This document shows, piece after piece, positions 1 through 12,370 of a stretch of 64,000 nt of DNA. Below the pieces are notes generated by a model. It made no database searches. It had not been told where the DNA came from and saw only the letters and a program-made list of their open reading frames with translations. Where the stretch lies: contig KZ538048.1 in the NCBI GenBank assembly GCA_000934665.2, positions 62,001 through 126,000 of the forward strand. The letters are read 5' to 3'. How positions within the stretch are numbered: position 1 is the first letter of the stretch; each line of letters starts with the position of its first letter. The translations under genes were made by a program, and so were the position numbers. Source of the stretch: Catajapyx aquilonaris (lineage: Eukaryota).

Positions 1-77
1 ATACCCGAAACGTAATGCCTCGAGTTGATGGAGTAGTTGCGCAAGGCGTGGCTGCTCGTCTTTTGCGAGTAGTGCAT
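1..77 (-). CDS. Possible start of a coding exon running off the left edge (MHYSQKTSSHALRNYSINSRHYVSG...)
   Basis: ATG at 77 (minus) opens a frame with no stop to the window edge, and most codons end in C/G. No homology recognised. Confidence 0.2.
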   Translation of the reverse strand, partial: MHYSQKTSSHALRNYSINSRHYVSG

Positions 78-1024
78 CCGTCTGATTATCTAGCAGGCCC
101 CTAAGAGTACCATCGTGGAAGCCAAGAGGCACTAAAAAAGAGACGCCAAGCTTCGGGTCTACCCCGCCTCTAGAGTATACGCAACCTTCTTTTGCATTTT
201 TTTTTCTTTTGCTTCTTCCTTCGTCTTCTTTCATCCGACATCTCCTCCGGTTCTCTCTGGGACAAAACAGATATATAAGGCCGCCCCACGGAAATCACTA
301 GTAATGTATGTTATATCGCCGTGCCGATGTTGAGCCGAGAGCGGCTCTTTTCGTCGCATTTGCAGGGCGTGCCTGCAGCTCAAGTAGTCGAGCATCATGC
401 ATGTGAATGGGGCTTCTGGCCCACCCCTCGGCCAGCCTACACTTTTTTTTTATTCCAAGTCTGCCAATGTGTACCCAGTCCAATCAGCTCAAAAAATCCG
501 CCGCTAAGCCCCTATCAAGCCGTCTAATTATTCTATAATGGCTTGCTGGATCAATTTCCCAATGCATGACGAAAGCCCCTCTGGTAATTGGAATCCTCCA
601 ACGTCCACAGCATGCACTAGGTCAAAACTGTCACACCGATACCTCTAATCTACAAATTGGCAATGCGATACCGATATCAAGACACGTTTAGGCCCCCGAG
701 AGGTGCAAATTAGGCACGATTGTCCACATGGGCACATTTCTACAAAAATTCCCCCATATGTCAGCACATGTCCGAAGATCATGAATACGAAATATTACCC
801 ATTTCCATTATACCGGTCCTCCCTTACCATCTTCCCCCTCCTGCTAATTTGTCCCTTCCTGTCCACCTCATGCTTCCCCCTTCCCCTCTTCCCCATCTGG
901 CCATGACCCTACGTCCTTCTGCCAACCCTATCTGCCCCAACTTGACCCCCGGAGAGATAAACCTTCCCTTCCTTCATTCTCCTGCTGTATTATAGTGTAA
1001 TATGTATCCAATATTATTGTAAAT

Positions 1025-1026
<2 letters not shown>

Positions 1027-1056
<30 letters not shown>

Positions 1057-1185
1057 TATTTGTCACCCCGTGATAGGGCCATGGGCCCTCTTGGGGGNGG
1101 GGGGGGGTGGAACATTCCATTTACTATGATTTTTCTTCAGACACCATGCAGGGATGAAAGGGTATAGGGTAGGGATGGGGATCCA
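1027..1185 (-). mobile_element. 5'-truncated retroposon (SINE/LINE 3' end) with (TAAA)n tail
   Basis: (TTTA)n at ~1027-1057. Flanking direct repeat ATTGTAAATAT at 1016-1026 and 1186-1196 (TSD). The 3' region resembles the 3' end of the SINE at 43103-43440, including the terminal stem-loop. Confidence 0.6.
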
Positions 1186-2586
1186 ATTGTAAATATAGTA
1201 GTTATTGGCCAACATATGCACTTTACTCCCCGATCTCACATGGTATACCACCAAAAATTATTCATTTCAAATTTCAAATTTCCCTCCTGCCACCGGTCAA
1301 TCCGCGCCCTCTATCAACACGGAAACGAACCAAAGGGCGATGTCCGTAAACTTGTGTCCCTGACACGTCCAACAGTGACCCCCAACAAGCCACAGGCCAT
1401 CAGCAGCCCAATTTCCTGTCACACTGCAGTCGATCCTGNCCCCCAACACCTCATGGTGCAGCCATTAATCAAGGGAGCCCGAGTCAAGAATAATCTGAAT
1501 CGGACATTAAACCGGCCGGGGCCTCACCTTGCAAATCACGTCAGTAAGAGGAAAGCTTCCCGTTCGCTTACACCGCTTTCATTGCGATAAATGGAGGTGG
1601 GCTCAAAAGGGGCCTCACGCGAACTGGCTTTGCTTGCGTGGATATTATAGAAAGAGCAGAATGCCGACGGCCAGCTTATGCAAACTGACGTGCAAAAACC
1701 TCCGCCAAGTCGCATCATATTAACGGGGCTCGCCTCTGCCAAACTGCTTGTCATAATTGTACGGATTTATGCAGGTTTCCGGAAGAAAAGCCGGGGCCTG
1801 CTCGTTACGACCCTAGACTAAAACCCATTGCTTTATGCTTTACAGCGTGTAAAACGTCGTGGCAATTCCAGCCTGCAAATGGACACGTAAAATCTCAGGT
1901 ATAGTCGGTTGTCGCAAGGATGGGTCTTGGGGAGAATTAATAAACAAGAGTAGTAAGTTTACCACTTGAAGGACGGACTGAAGGCCAACTGGACCGCATG
2001 CCAGTCGCGGTGCCAATCATGACGGACGTCAAACTGCCATTTTAATATCGTAAATGGACCAGTTGAACCCAATTAGAACCGCAAACAAGCCCCCCATCAG
2101 GAAAAGCCCACCGTATCCCAATATGATTATGGCAGGTCTGGGCGCAGAGGGTCAATAATTGACGGAAGTGGGGTGGCCAATCGGCAGGCAATAGCCAAGA
2201 GAGGCTAAAGTGTTGATGGCGTGTGCAACAACTTTTATCTAGGGCAGGGCGGATCCCCCACTCGGAATCTGGCCACGCAACACAATGCTATGGAACACAT
2301 TGCTGCAGTCGACTCCACTTGCATGTGTATAATCTGCACCGGGGCCAATCGGAAATGCCAGCAGGAAAGTAGAGAGAGAGAGAGAAAGAAAAAAAGTTAA
2401 CTATTTGTGTTAGAACACTGGCCTCAGGCGTTTCTGTACCTGTGGCCTGCCGACCAAAGGGGGGTCATCAAGTGATCTATCAAAATGTCAGATATAAAGT
2501 CCGGAAATATTTCGAGCCCGATTTGCAGAAGAGTAAACAAGAAGTTCGCTAACCTGCATTATAGTGTACTAATTTTCATGAAATTA

Positions 2587-2743
2587 CAGTGGAATTGGGA
2601 CAAAAAACGAATTACAAAATAATGAAAATTAAATAATCAATCAGTGAAGTGGGACAAAAAATAATTAAATAATTAAAAATTAAAATAATGAATCAGTAAG
2701 TGGGGAAAATGAATTATAAAATAATAATGAAAATAATGAATCT
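2587..2743. repeat. Degenerate AT-rich tandem repeat, ~55 bp x3
   Basis: Recurring CAGT(G)AAGTGGGACAAAAA...AATTA..AAATAAT.AAAAT...AAT unit starting near 2587, 2642 and 2694. Confidence 0.6.
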
Positions 2744-5700
2744 GATACAATATAGACAACCCCCCGCATAACCAACAAAATTGTAATTTAAAAAAAAAAG
2801 TACACGAATTTTTACACATTGAGACTGACAAACATCACATATTTCCCTCCATGTAACTCTCATTTGAACATACTCTTTTCAGACTCCTTCAAGCTTCAAA
2901 ACTCCAGCCCCGCATTTAAGGCCTCAAAAAACCTCCAGCACCTGTATTTTTTTCTTTCATTAACCCCCCCCCCCCCNTCCCCACTGCTAATTGACATCCC
3001 CCCACACAAACTTGTTCCACCACCACGAATTTCCCATAGCACGCTATACAGACCTAACTTGCAGCTACAACCTTTTCCGGCAAGGGTCGCAAAGGGCTAT
3101 TCAAATCCAGGAGTGTATCCCTCCTAGTCTGCTTCAGTTGGCCATAGAAGTTTTTTTTTTTTACCCCCAACTCTCGACCCCTACTGGACACGATTACCGT
3201 CTGGAAAAAGCAGATCGATGACCACAGTTCTTCGGATGTCCGCACGGTTCTTCCCTTGACAAAACCCCCCACCATGAGCTTTTGTCATGGATGCCATGGG
3301 GTTCCTCGTGCCCACAGCCAAAGAAGAGGGACGCCGTCAACTTCTCTTTTTGTCCTTCCCTTTTCCACCAGCACCAGCAGGGGTTTCCACCCTGTTTTTA
3401 GTTCCCTCCCCAAAAAATAGCCCTGGCTCAGACCCCTTCGAGTCGGCTTTAGTCAATGAGGCTGCTGGAATGTCCGTCGGCGAGGTCATTATTGGACTCG
3501 AAAGCAGGGTTGAAGGCCAGAGGAAGGGAGAAAATTCTACCAAAAACAAGGTTGGAACATGTGATTTTTATCTGGTAACAATGAAATTCTATACCAAATT
3601 TGTTACCTGGAACAGTACGTTCCTAAAACTCTGTTGTCGCTTGGGAGTGCACTGCATTGTCCTTAAAAATTTAGGCCGACTCTTTTGGCGCCTGACGTAC
3701 AGATTACTTTCCTCTTGCAGCTTGCTCAAACTTTAATAATAGAATCAAAAAAAGTTGAACTACTGGCTATTTTTCAGGCAGAGTTTTTCCCCTTTTTTTA
3801 AAGGAAGAGGGTTGTTATCAAAGCACATTAGCATTGGCCGTGATTCACCTATAAGCTCAAGAATGTAATTAACTTGAGATCTGAGCCAGAGGAAAATATT
3901 CTGCTCGAGTCCACCAGCACAAGTTGCTCTAGTCGATAATTTCATGCAAGTTGGCGGGAGGATGTAATTTCCTACTTCCATGAGGTTTCCTTGGTGTTTC
4001 GCACAGATACCGTCCGGAAATGGGAGGGGTTGGCGGATATCTCATTTAATCCCCTATCAATTGTTACGACCGTTTATTGTCGAGCCAAAACACAAAACAT
4101 TGTCATGTTGGATATGACACTATAGCTTCAACGTCCAAAAACCAGATGATTAGCTTCCTTCCGCTGTGAAAGAGACCAGTAGAAATTAACTTCCTCCTAT
4201 AGTTGAGGAGCACTGTAATTCAATTGATTCGATCGTAATGAAATTACAGGCCTGGAGTCCCGCCGTCGAGAATGAACCGTGAGAGTGACCAGAAGAATTA
4301 CTGGAAGCTAGTCCGCTCAGTTTAATAGTCACAAGAGGGAATTTTTTTTCATATAGCACCGACCCACTTTTGGTCCCGGAATTGGCCTGCCCGGATTAGT
4401 CTATAATGATATCCACCGGAGCAAGTTGGCAGATTTTATAGATGGTCGCACGGGCTGCTGAATACTTCATGGCCGCATGAAGTCTTCTTCAAACCGGTAA
4501 GGTTTCTTGAGGAGGTGGAATTAGAGAGGCTAGATTATGCTTGAAGACGGGTCTCCCTCTTTGACGGTGTACTAGGTCCCCCCTTTGCGCCTCCAGTCAA
4601 GCGGTGCGGTTCCCCCGAAACCGTGAAATTTGAGTTTATTTTGCAAGTTTGGTAGTGGAAGTCGTTTTCCACCAGGATGACTACACCCCTCTTGGCGGAG
4701 TACACTACCTAGCATCGGGTGTCGCTATATGCTTGTTTGTCACGGACAAAAGGAGTGTTCACACGGCACACTTCGCACCTGTGATGTTGCCACACCCCCT
4801 TGGGGCTATACTGTACCTCGGGTAGAAATCCGTTGGGTGTAATCAAATTGATTGATTTTCCCGCCGATTTTCCTGCTAGCCTCGGCTATCGTACTATACT
4901 TACTCCAACGTAGTTTGGAGAAAATTGTTTGCGACCACTTTTAGACTTCGGGATTCGTCTGTTGACGTTGGGTTATTTGCATTCAGGCCCTGGTCCGACC
5001 CCCGCAAGGATCAGGGACGCTGAGATTTAAAGCAGGGGCGCAAAGTGATGAAGTGCTTCTCCAGTAAGTTAGTACAATTTTAAATTCTGTACTTCTCGGT
5101 CCCGAATTGTACGGAGGCTGTGAGTTACATTCGAGGAAATTACGTGACCGACATAATCGAATTTCGGAGGTATTTCTTGGTACAAAAAAAAATCGCCTTG
5201 ATTAAAGCTCGCTGTTAGTTAATATCGTTAAATCGCTATTCATAACACTAACCTGAGACGCTTCTGTGAATAATTGATTTGTATAAAGAACGTACCTTTT
5301 TTCCCTATGCGTAAACATGCATATATGAGCGCGTATAATTAGGAGAAAATTATGTTTCCTGCGTGCTAAAAGACATGTCCGGACGAGGCAAACAGGGATT
5401 ATTAGTGATGAAAATGCGTCATTTATGAATGCTGTGTGCGAGCCGGAATTAATGCAGAAAAAACACGCGTAGCGGTGAACACGACTCACACTGGCTGTCA
5501 CCTGCTGGTATTATCAGGAGATTAACCTTTTGAAAGGAATAGTGCGACACTGGATGACCGGCTTTCCAGTCAGAACTGTCTGGGATACAAACTTTGGTAC
5601 GCATAAAAGGCCCGTTTATATGTATATGCAATCCTGTCATTTGGCAGGGGCTTGAACAATGCGGGGGCCGTAGATTTGAAAATGGGCGATTCAATTTCTG

Positions 5701-8700
5701 CGTGGCCTCGATAATAACAATCGAATTTGCACGGTCAGTCGATTTTCAATCTAGTCATATAGGGTCATATAGGGTGGACGTGGATGAAGCCGCGTACAAG
5801 CCACACACCGCCACTTCCAACGCCCGCTGCAGGCTAGTTTTGGCATGCGTAACATTCACAATAGGCGATGATGACTCTTCCATATGGCTCTCACACCCGC
5901 CACCACTGTTACTCGGTTCTGATATAGGTGTATGCACCAGCAGGCTATACCAGATCATGTTTTCCTGCAAGTTCATGTGTGTACCCACGCTTGGGGCATC
6001 TCAACCCAATGCAAATCTAATGAGGGTCCCGACACCCATGAACAAACAAGTGCATATTGAAATATTGGTAACGTCACGTTTTTGACTAGCGGCTGCACCA
6101 GCAGGGGGGTATGCTTGTTAAAAAAAGAGCAATCAGATTTTTTTTTTGAAAAAGGGAGGATTGTTGCTATGCAGTGCGCGGAGAATCTAACGCCTGTGCC
6201 GGCGGAAAATTGAATGTTCATTGAACCAGGAGGATCCCCAACTTTTTGTCTCCTTTGGAATTCTTCAAAATATCTTCTGGCCCCTCCCGAAGATTAAAGC
6301 GCTGAAAAGCGCTTCACATGTTCCAAACCAACTGGAACGGTAAAGATTTCCACTTTATCAACTCTACAGGACTTTTGCTTTTCAATAGAAACTTTTGTGA
6401 CAAAACTTGGTTTCTGCCCCCACAACTTCACTGCTCAGTTTGCAATAACTCTGGGTTCAACTTTCGACTAACAAGCCTAACTATGGCTATAAGAAAAAAG
6501 GGGGGGGGGGCCCATCGCCAAAAAGAAGTGGGCAGTGAGAATGTGCAAAGACGGTGAAGGCCAAGGCTCTCCAGAAGCTCTCCCTCGGTACATTCCTGTG
6601 GCTTTACAAGGATCTTTTCAGGAGCGTCAACCAACAAACTACCCCCTCGCCGGAGGAGCAGTCTCGTCTTGTAGGACAACTTGATGGATGTGAATGACGT
6701 CAGTTCCGCTCCCATGACTTTCCCTTGCCTTGGTCCAAAAAATCAGTCGACTTCCTCCACCCCCTAAAACTCTTTTGTTGTTTGGACATGTGCCATTGTA
6801 CGGCGGGAGATTTTGAATCGTTCTTTTTTTGGTGTGACCGCCAACTAGAGTTTACGAGGCGGGGGACCCCACCTTCCATTTCCGCTTGGGAGTCGGTACA
6901 CGTTGTATCGTGGCGGTGGTATCGATCACCCCAGCACAACCACCCACAGCGGTGTAATTAGAAACATGACCTTATTTCCTTCCTCGGCGGCTGACCCCTG
7001 GGACGTAGTCATTTAGGACGTCATGTTGAGAAATGGAAAGGAGGGACGCGCCAGACGCACTAATCCGCTTCCGACGCGTCTATCTATTTGCTGAATAAGT
7101 CATTCGCAGTCTGACCTAGCTCCGTGACCTCTAGATCTCATCAATCTATAGCACGGAGGGTCTTAAGTAAAAAAATAGTGAGCACGATTCGGCTCTTCAT
7201 TTTATCTAAACTGTGCTTCTCCACACTGGCTTCATCCATTTCTTAACCCATCCCCGACCCCTCATTTCATTCATTCATTGAGGATTCGACGCTTTGAATT
7301 CATGAAAAATTCAAAAGGATCCATCAAAATAGGCCCAGCTCGTTTTCGTTTATGACTAAGAAAATGGGGGCAACCTTTTTCTTATATATTTTTTTTCCTT
7401 CCCCCACAACATTTATACCGTGGTAAATTAATATACTGCATATAGAAAGTGAGGGGGGGTGACGCCTCCAAAATCGAACTCCCCAGATCCCAAACTACGT
7501 TTGAGCACCTCGTCAGAGAGGGGGCCTGAGGACCTCATACCGTTGTCGCTTATCCATAAATTATGCGGGGACGAAAACCCCCTTTGTCACACGCGTCGTC
7601 GGAAATCTCGCCTGCACTATAATAGCGTAGCCTCTTTTCCAAAAAATCTGGTGTCTGAAGCGTTGAACGACGAAAACGAGCCTAGGTGAATGACAGCTTC
7701 ATAAGGGAAGGACATGTTTGCGGGGGCCCTTTTCCAAAAAAAAAAATTGGTTCTATATATTTTTTGCAAAAGCAGCTAGGGAAAAATCGGGTTCATTTTT
7801 TGGAACGCCGCCTCAAGATGGGCCGGAAGATTATTCAGGAAGAGAAAAAAAAAAGTCCATNNACTAAAGTGGCTTCTACAGTTGCAAATCCTATTAGTTT
7901 CCCTCTCTTTTAGAGGAGGCTCAAGTTATTGGAGCAGATTCTTTGCCTTCCGTGCGGGTGTTGTATTTTCCAGCAATGCTCAGCTGATGGCTTCTTGAGA
8001 TTGCTCGCAGGCAAAGGCGGCATCTTGCGGACGCCCAACCGGATGAATAATTCATTTTTCGCATGTTGGAAAAAGCCCCTCAAATATTTTTAAAAAAATG
8101 GATATACGCATCTATAAACGGGGTAGATACCAAAAATCAAACTAATTATAGCAACAGTCGATAATCTGTTTTTTTTTCAACCATTATATATGTAAATATG
8201 GGGATCATTCCTATACCAAATCTTCTGGCCGATCCTTAGATATTCAGGCCACGTCAAGGCTCGCAATATATGCGGAATAAGGCGATCTCTCAGAAGCGGC
8301 GCACCACTGACCTGTTTTGGGTAAGCTGAAGCATGTTTCCCAATCGCCCTCAGAGTGCGATTACTGAATATGAATGAGATGACGACGGAGCTTTGAACCC
8401 AATTAATTTATTACGCGGTTGCGAAATCTTTTACTGCGACAACCAGTACGTACCTTCTGGAACCTTCTGTACTTAAAAAAAGAGGGGGGGCGACCGTTTC
8501 GAGAAAACTTATGGCCGATGCTTCCGCAGTAATTCACTCGAACAATTTAATCTCGGGACCGAGCGCATTCAACAAACATAAAATCTAAACACTATACCTC
8601 GTATCTTCGTTTTCTTGCCTTTTTTTTTTTTAAGAGTGTCGTATTTTTCTCGCTTTTGGACCTAGCGAAGTATTTTCTTTTGTCGCAGCCATTGATTACT

Positions 8701-9325
8701 CGACGATGAGTTATTTCTTGGAAAGCGACCAAATCCAATTAGTTTGGCAGCGGTAAAGAGGGAGTTTGTTGCAGCAGGATTGTGTAATCTGGCTAATGAT
8801 ACGTTCAAGTAAAATACGGCTAGAATTTACCCCAAAACTTGCAAAGTCTGATTCCACTGTTGGGAGTAATAAATGGGGTCGATTGCATATACACTGAAAC
8901 AGCTTCCCACCAACTTTTGCATAAAAAGAATAAGACGGAAAAAAATGGTCCGGTCGTTAATTACTCCACTTTGTACATTTCCAATGACGTTCCTTTTAGC
9001 GATCAAGGCGTCACGTCTCGAGAGGTAAAAGGCAAGACATTATTCCATCGATTCCTTCAGAGAGTGGTGCAAAAGTTTTCTACCTCTCTTTTTGTCGCGA
9101 GTCAAAAGGATGGGCCTATCGCCAGAAAATCTCGCGTATCGGAAGCTCCTCATTTCAAGGGCATTTCGACCCTGTGAAAACGTCGTTTATGACATAAGCC
9201 AGTCTATATTGCTCACTTCCCTACAAGAGTCACTGGTCCAATGAAAAATGTGCCGTTCTTCCTCATTCAAAAAGACATTGAGGACCTTTTTGAACATTAT
9301 TTGTTATCTTTTCTAGTGTACTTAC

Positions 9326-9374
9326 CAGCCACATGGGCAGCTAGGAGTAAAGCCAATAGGAGGATCAACCGCAT
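9326..9374 (-). CDS. First coding exon encoding a signal peptide (MRLILLLALLLAAHVA|phase 1) of a secreted or membrane protein; downstream exons not found in the window
   Basis: ATG at 9374, classic n/h/c signal-peptide pattern, strong donor CTG|GTAAGT at 9325, and an Inr/DPE promoter 108 nt upstream. Confidence 0.7.
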
Positions 9375-9450
9375 CTTGATGTCCACTGGTCACCACACAA
9401 GTGTCCCGAGAGCACACAAACTGAGCCGGGGATAGGAGGTAAAGGACCTG

Positions 9451-9484
9451 GGTCCACACGCCAAGGCCGACGGAGCACGACTGA
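9451..9484 (-). promoter_or_regulatory. Core promoter: Inr plus DPE
   Basis: TCAGTC with A+1 at 9482 and GGACC (RGWYV) at exactly +28..+32 (9455-9451), the spacing established for Drosophila DPE promoters. Confidence 0.6.
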
Positions 9485-12311
9485 ACTGCGGGGAAGCGAA
9501 GGCCCCCCTCCCCCCAACAAGCCAGACTTTCAGGAGGCGCGGCACACCGATGATGTCATGACTACGTCATCCTTTTACACCCATGGTGGTCATGGCCTGC
9601 ATCTTCAGACCATGCTTCAGACTAATTATTCATAGGATAGTGTGACCTCGGTTGACGACCTTCTTAGTTTAGGGTGTGTAAGACCATGTTGGTTTGGAAA
9701 GTTGCATTCAACTTTCATAGGTTTAGGGGGTTCCCGGTTCTATTGACCTATATTTCTAGGAGTAGTGTTTATTAATGCATGTGCGGAGATTGGTTTTCCG
9801 CTAAGCAAACGCGGGTTCCAATGAGCGACTAATCATCGAACAGCTTGGGTTGGCGCGGCCAGGAGAGACCCAAGTTTTGAGGTTTTTTAATAGCAAAAAA
9901 ATATTAGTAAAAAAAAAAAGAGTCTATGAATACATTGGGGGGAACCAGGTGCGTGTGCCAGTACCAAGTTGGAAGCTTCAGGCGCCAAAGTTTGCCAACA
10001 CGGCCGATGCAGTACTGTATGCCTACAATATTATTCTACGTCATTTCTCCCCCAGGTTCTATCTGGGTGTCAGTAGCAAGTGCGTTCTTCCGTGATGTGA
10101 TCTCACTTTCGGCTGAAAAGCGTAATGTTTGATAAAGAAGTGCCCCGAGTTTGCAAGCAAAGTTTCCCCCAAATTGCATGTGCTCTCCAAATAATTATTG
10201 TAATGGAATGCAATCAGCCCAATGAGGCCCCCTCTTTTTGACTAGCAGCGAATTGTAAGAGATAACAATTTTTTTTTCATAGTTCATGTACGTCATGATT
10301 GGCTATAATGCGGTAGTTGAAGAGATAAGGGTGTATCCAAGCTGGCAATCAAAAATATTGAATGAAAATTCTTGAAATATCGGCCCCAAATATGTGCCGT
10401 GTGTATCACATTAATGCTGCGGTTTAGGATTACCACTTACAACACTATTGATTTACGGCTCATGCAGAGTGTGCTAGAGCCTTATTAAAGTAAACTGACC
10501 AAAAACGCATACATTTTCATAATGGCGGCCGGCTACAATAATTGGAAGTCAACATTACTCTTGTTCCCTGATATTACATGTCCATTACGCCTTCTGACAC
10601 ATCATTACACGAGTGTACAAAAGGCATCGTTTAATTTACCAATCACGTACAGGATGATGAAAAGGGCTTAAAATGTACATATCTCGAAGGTGTCTCACCT
10701 CAACCGAAACCATCAAGGTGCAAAGAACATCCGGTGGGAGTAGTACAAACCCAACAAGAACCTTGCTGTGGAGTTGTGTTTTTAGACCTGGCCTTTATAC
10801 CGGAAGAGTTGCAAGGAAACCGATAAAGCGTGTGGGGGGAGGTTACATCTCCAGGGAGATTCTCTTCCGCCTTTGGAGCGATCCCATAAGGCCAGAGTAA
10901 GCATCTAAATTTAAGCCGCGGCTGATGCGTGTGCAGCGGCGGCCATAACTTATCATGGCCGAAATGCGTGATGCTGGCTCCGAATTTTCGTGCGTACAAC
11001 ACCGGGCCGGGCTGTTGGTGACTAATCACAGGCCAGGTCTGCACGTAGCACCTGCTTCCCATACCCCACCTTTTCTTCCGCCTCACCAACCACTGGATAA
11101 TTACAGAGGGGGGGAGGGGGGGGGCTGCTTTTGTATTCTTCTCGAGGGCCACGAGGATGACCTTTGTGCTCATGCCTTTTTTTTTTAGGGATCTAATGGC
11201 GCAGGCTCTCAGGTGCTTCGTTTGTATGAGTGTTTCAGATTGCTGGCTGGAGGAGTCGAGAGTAAGGTGGTAATGTGATTGCAGGTGTTGTTTTCTCAGA
11301 TGTGCTAAATCTCCTTGGGAACGGATCGTTTGTGTAGCTATATAGTCGTGTCTAAGACTAGAGGGGCTCTTGACCGATCAAAATGTCACATACCACTTAA
11401 TTTTCGGTGCTGGTTTTTATTGGTCTACTATGTATAGGAAATATGAGGGGGATTAAAATTGTAATGTTTAGCTATCTTGTGAGATTGCACGCGAGCTCGT
11501 TCTTGTCAAGCGACAGTGATTTGCATGGGTCATGCCATCGTCGTGATGTGAGAACCGTTCTCCAATCTCCAACATGTTCATAATTTTGGCTTCATGCTTG
11601 CCAAGGCCTCACCAAACAGCCCCAGAGCTGCAGTATGAACAAATGCCGATAAGCATGAAACATGCATGCTTACAAGCCCTCCTTTAGCAACAGACCCTTC
11701 CTTTCATGCATTGTCTTCCAAGTGGGATCGGTCCTGTCAAATATATAAACGAAGATTTTTTTTTCTTCTTCTCCCTCGACAGCCACCATTAGAATGCATA
11801 ATGCATATGCACGCAGGATAGGTAGGAATGGTTGGCATGCGCCAACAGTAATCTTGGGAACTATTTAGAAATCAACTTTCCACATATAAGTACTTTGCGC
11901 CCCGGACGAATATGCAGATTAACTCTATGCACATTCTACTATTTAGCCCTAGGGATAGACTAGCATGAAAATTGTACGGATTGTTTGTTGGCCCCAACGC
12001 CTTTTTTTTGCCCGCGAAATTTCTAATCGAGCGCCAGGATGGAAGCGCACTCTGGCATTTTAGCGATTGTAAAGGCCTGCTATGTATAGGTTCCCGTTAC
12101 AGTTTATTGTTGTTGGACACAAATGAACGTGTTTCCTTGGTTGCTGCCTGCAACGCAATCACGTCCATGTATTGTTTTTCTTTTTTTGTCAATAGCACCC
12201 TGGTGGGGAGTAAATTCTATTTGCTTCCGACGATGTTATAGTATCAGTGGAGTTCACTACGTGCAGTTGTGATGACTTGTTCTTTTTCATTTGGGGGTCA
12301 CGTGAGCCAGA

Positions 12312-12368
<57 letters not shown>
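12312..12368. repeat. (TA)n microsatellite
   Basis: Direct reading of the sequence. Confidence 0.95.
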
Positions 12369-12370
<2 letters not shown>

